Part shown: piece after piece, positions 62,735 to 64,000 of the stretch | How positions within the stretch are numbered: position 1 is the stretch's first letter | How the letters are laid out: each line of letters opens with the position of its first letter | NCBI GenBank assembly: GCA_964304625.1 | Contig: OZ199839.1 | Coordinates: forward strand, 10,589,186-10,653,185 | DNA: 64,000 nt | DNA from: Kudoa neothunni | Taxonomy: Eukaryota > Animalia > Cnidaria | Reading direction: 5' to 3' | The notes under the pieces: generated by a model | Told to the model about the DNA's origin: nothing | Database searches by the model: none | The model's input: the letters and a program-made list of their open reading frames with translations, nothing else | Program-made: the position numbers and the translations under genes

Positions 62735-63626
62735 TTAAGCAGAAAAAGAAGCAGAGTCTTTGTGGTTGTTGTATCTTGCTAAGGCTAATTGCGCATCTTG
62801 GAAGCGTTCCACAAAAGAGCAAATAAACAGATCAAACTTAAGACGAAACCCCTAAAATTTGTCACCGAAAATAATGAAGCGAAAGAAGTACAGTAATAAC
62901 GGCGTTTATGGACGTGACTATTAGATGCACTTTGCCCAAACCAGTTAAACACTTCATTACTTCCTCGGTAGTTAGTACGTGCTTATGTTTAGCCTATGTT
63001 TCAATTAATTTATTTTAATTCTATGAAACCATTCCATTACAACACTAGCAGATAAGTCGCCACCCACCAAACCATGGTACGACAGTATCATATCCAACAC
63101 AAGCGCCAAAAAATATGCCACCATAACGAACCGTCTCCACTCACAATCTTGGAATGACTGCATTGGACCCTAACAAATTTTCTTATCAGCGTTATGTAAA
63201 AAGATGGTTTACTTTATAAATTGAATCAAACAAATGATGTAAGAGCGTAACTGTAATTATTGTATGAAGAAATATTAGATAATAGGCATAAACTATTGAA
63301 AACAGTTATATGATAGTAACGAGTTTGGGAATCAATTAAATAATAATTTTCATAACATATTTATCATCAATTAGTTAAATATGACATACATATTGAGACA
63401 CAATACTCATCCATCACTTTATATCGAATGCCTTGTGTACATTTCAAGGAAGAGGTCAAGATGTTTATTAATGCCAGAAACTTGAAAAGATTAGAGAATT
63501 TCACGTTTTAAAGAACTTTTTTACCATTGAAATTTGAATAAACACTATGAAGAACATTTCGTCGCATTTAAATTCATTCCAAGAATGTTTTTTTCTCAAA
63601 CGATTATTCCGACCTACTTCTTCCAT
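62735..63626 (-). CDS. Orphan ~192-aa protein with about four hydrophobic segments, 6 exons (absent from the ORF track)
   Basis: Exons 63626-63525, 63480-63390, 63250-63213, 63169-63041, 62993-62892 and 62851-62735, with five phase-compatible GT-AG introns of 44, 139, 43, 47 and 40 nt. Hydrophobic stretches FFIVFIQISMFLALINIL, YCVSIFTLLHHLF, FVMVAYFLALVLDMIL and VHLIVTSINAVITGF. Confidence 0.7.
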
Positions 63627-64000
63627 CAGTCACCTCTCAGACTATACTCAGATATTAATCTTATTTTTTTAATTTAATCCTATGATTATATTTTCTAAAT
63701 TTTGTTATCAATTAAATTCTTATTTTTCCAACTTCTTATAAGAAAATAACACAACTTACTTTCCAATAACATCAACATTTACTCCAAATGCGAACGCCTT
63801 CCATACTTTGGATAATTTACAACAATAAATAAGAAAAATGATAATGTAATTTTAAACAAAATATTTTTTATTTGTACGTTCAATAATTATAGGTTTTTGT
63901 CAGTTTTTAAAAAAATACAGAATTATTAAGAATCTCCGACAATAATAGCAGCTAGCGATCGTCGTCAATATTGCATTCTAGCACTCACACAAATAATATA

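Noticed and set aside
63090-63160. FQDCEWRRFVMVAYF as a Bcl-2 BH1 motif
   Set aside because: It lacks NWGR and a BH2 motif; the full spliced model looks like a four-TM protein.

Overview
AT-rich eukaryotic nuclear DNA with standard GT-AG spliceosomal introns, mostly 35-65 nt. There is no sign of a prokaryotic system or CRISPR array. Hand-splicing recovers seven host genes that the ORF track fragments or misses: an IMPACT/Yih1 homologue (1415-2403), a ~1,629-aa receptor-like protein with a large ectodomain, cysteine repeats and a multi-pass membrane region (2757-11260), an NFX1-type zinc-finger gene (21267-23857), two SLC38/AAAP amino-acid transporter paralogues (29865-32576, 51459-53462), a secreted five-Kunitz-domain protein (46832-48213) and an orphan ~192-aa four-TM protein (62735-63626). 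Intergenic DNA is dense with mostly decayed, often nested DNA transposons (several piggyBac-type elements, hAT, pogo/Tigger, IS630-Tc1, Merlin) and one GC-rich, highly structured, tRNA-headed SINE-like element. The best candidates for new biology are the penta-Kunitz protein (four of five domains lack the canonical inhibitory-loop disulfide), the giant receptor, the structured RNA element, a hairpin mirtron-like intron, and an intact transposase ORF with a catalytic substitution. Kunitz domains, SLC38A11-like genes and tiny introns suggest a compact-intron animal such as a myxozoan-like parasite; this is inference only. All gene models are manual and need RNA-seq confirmation.
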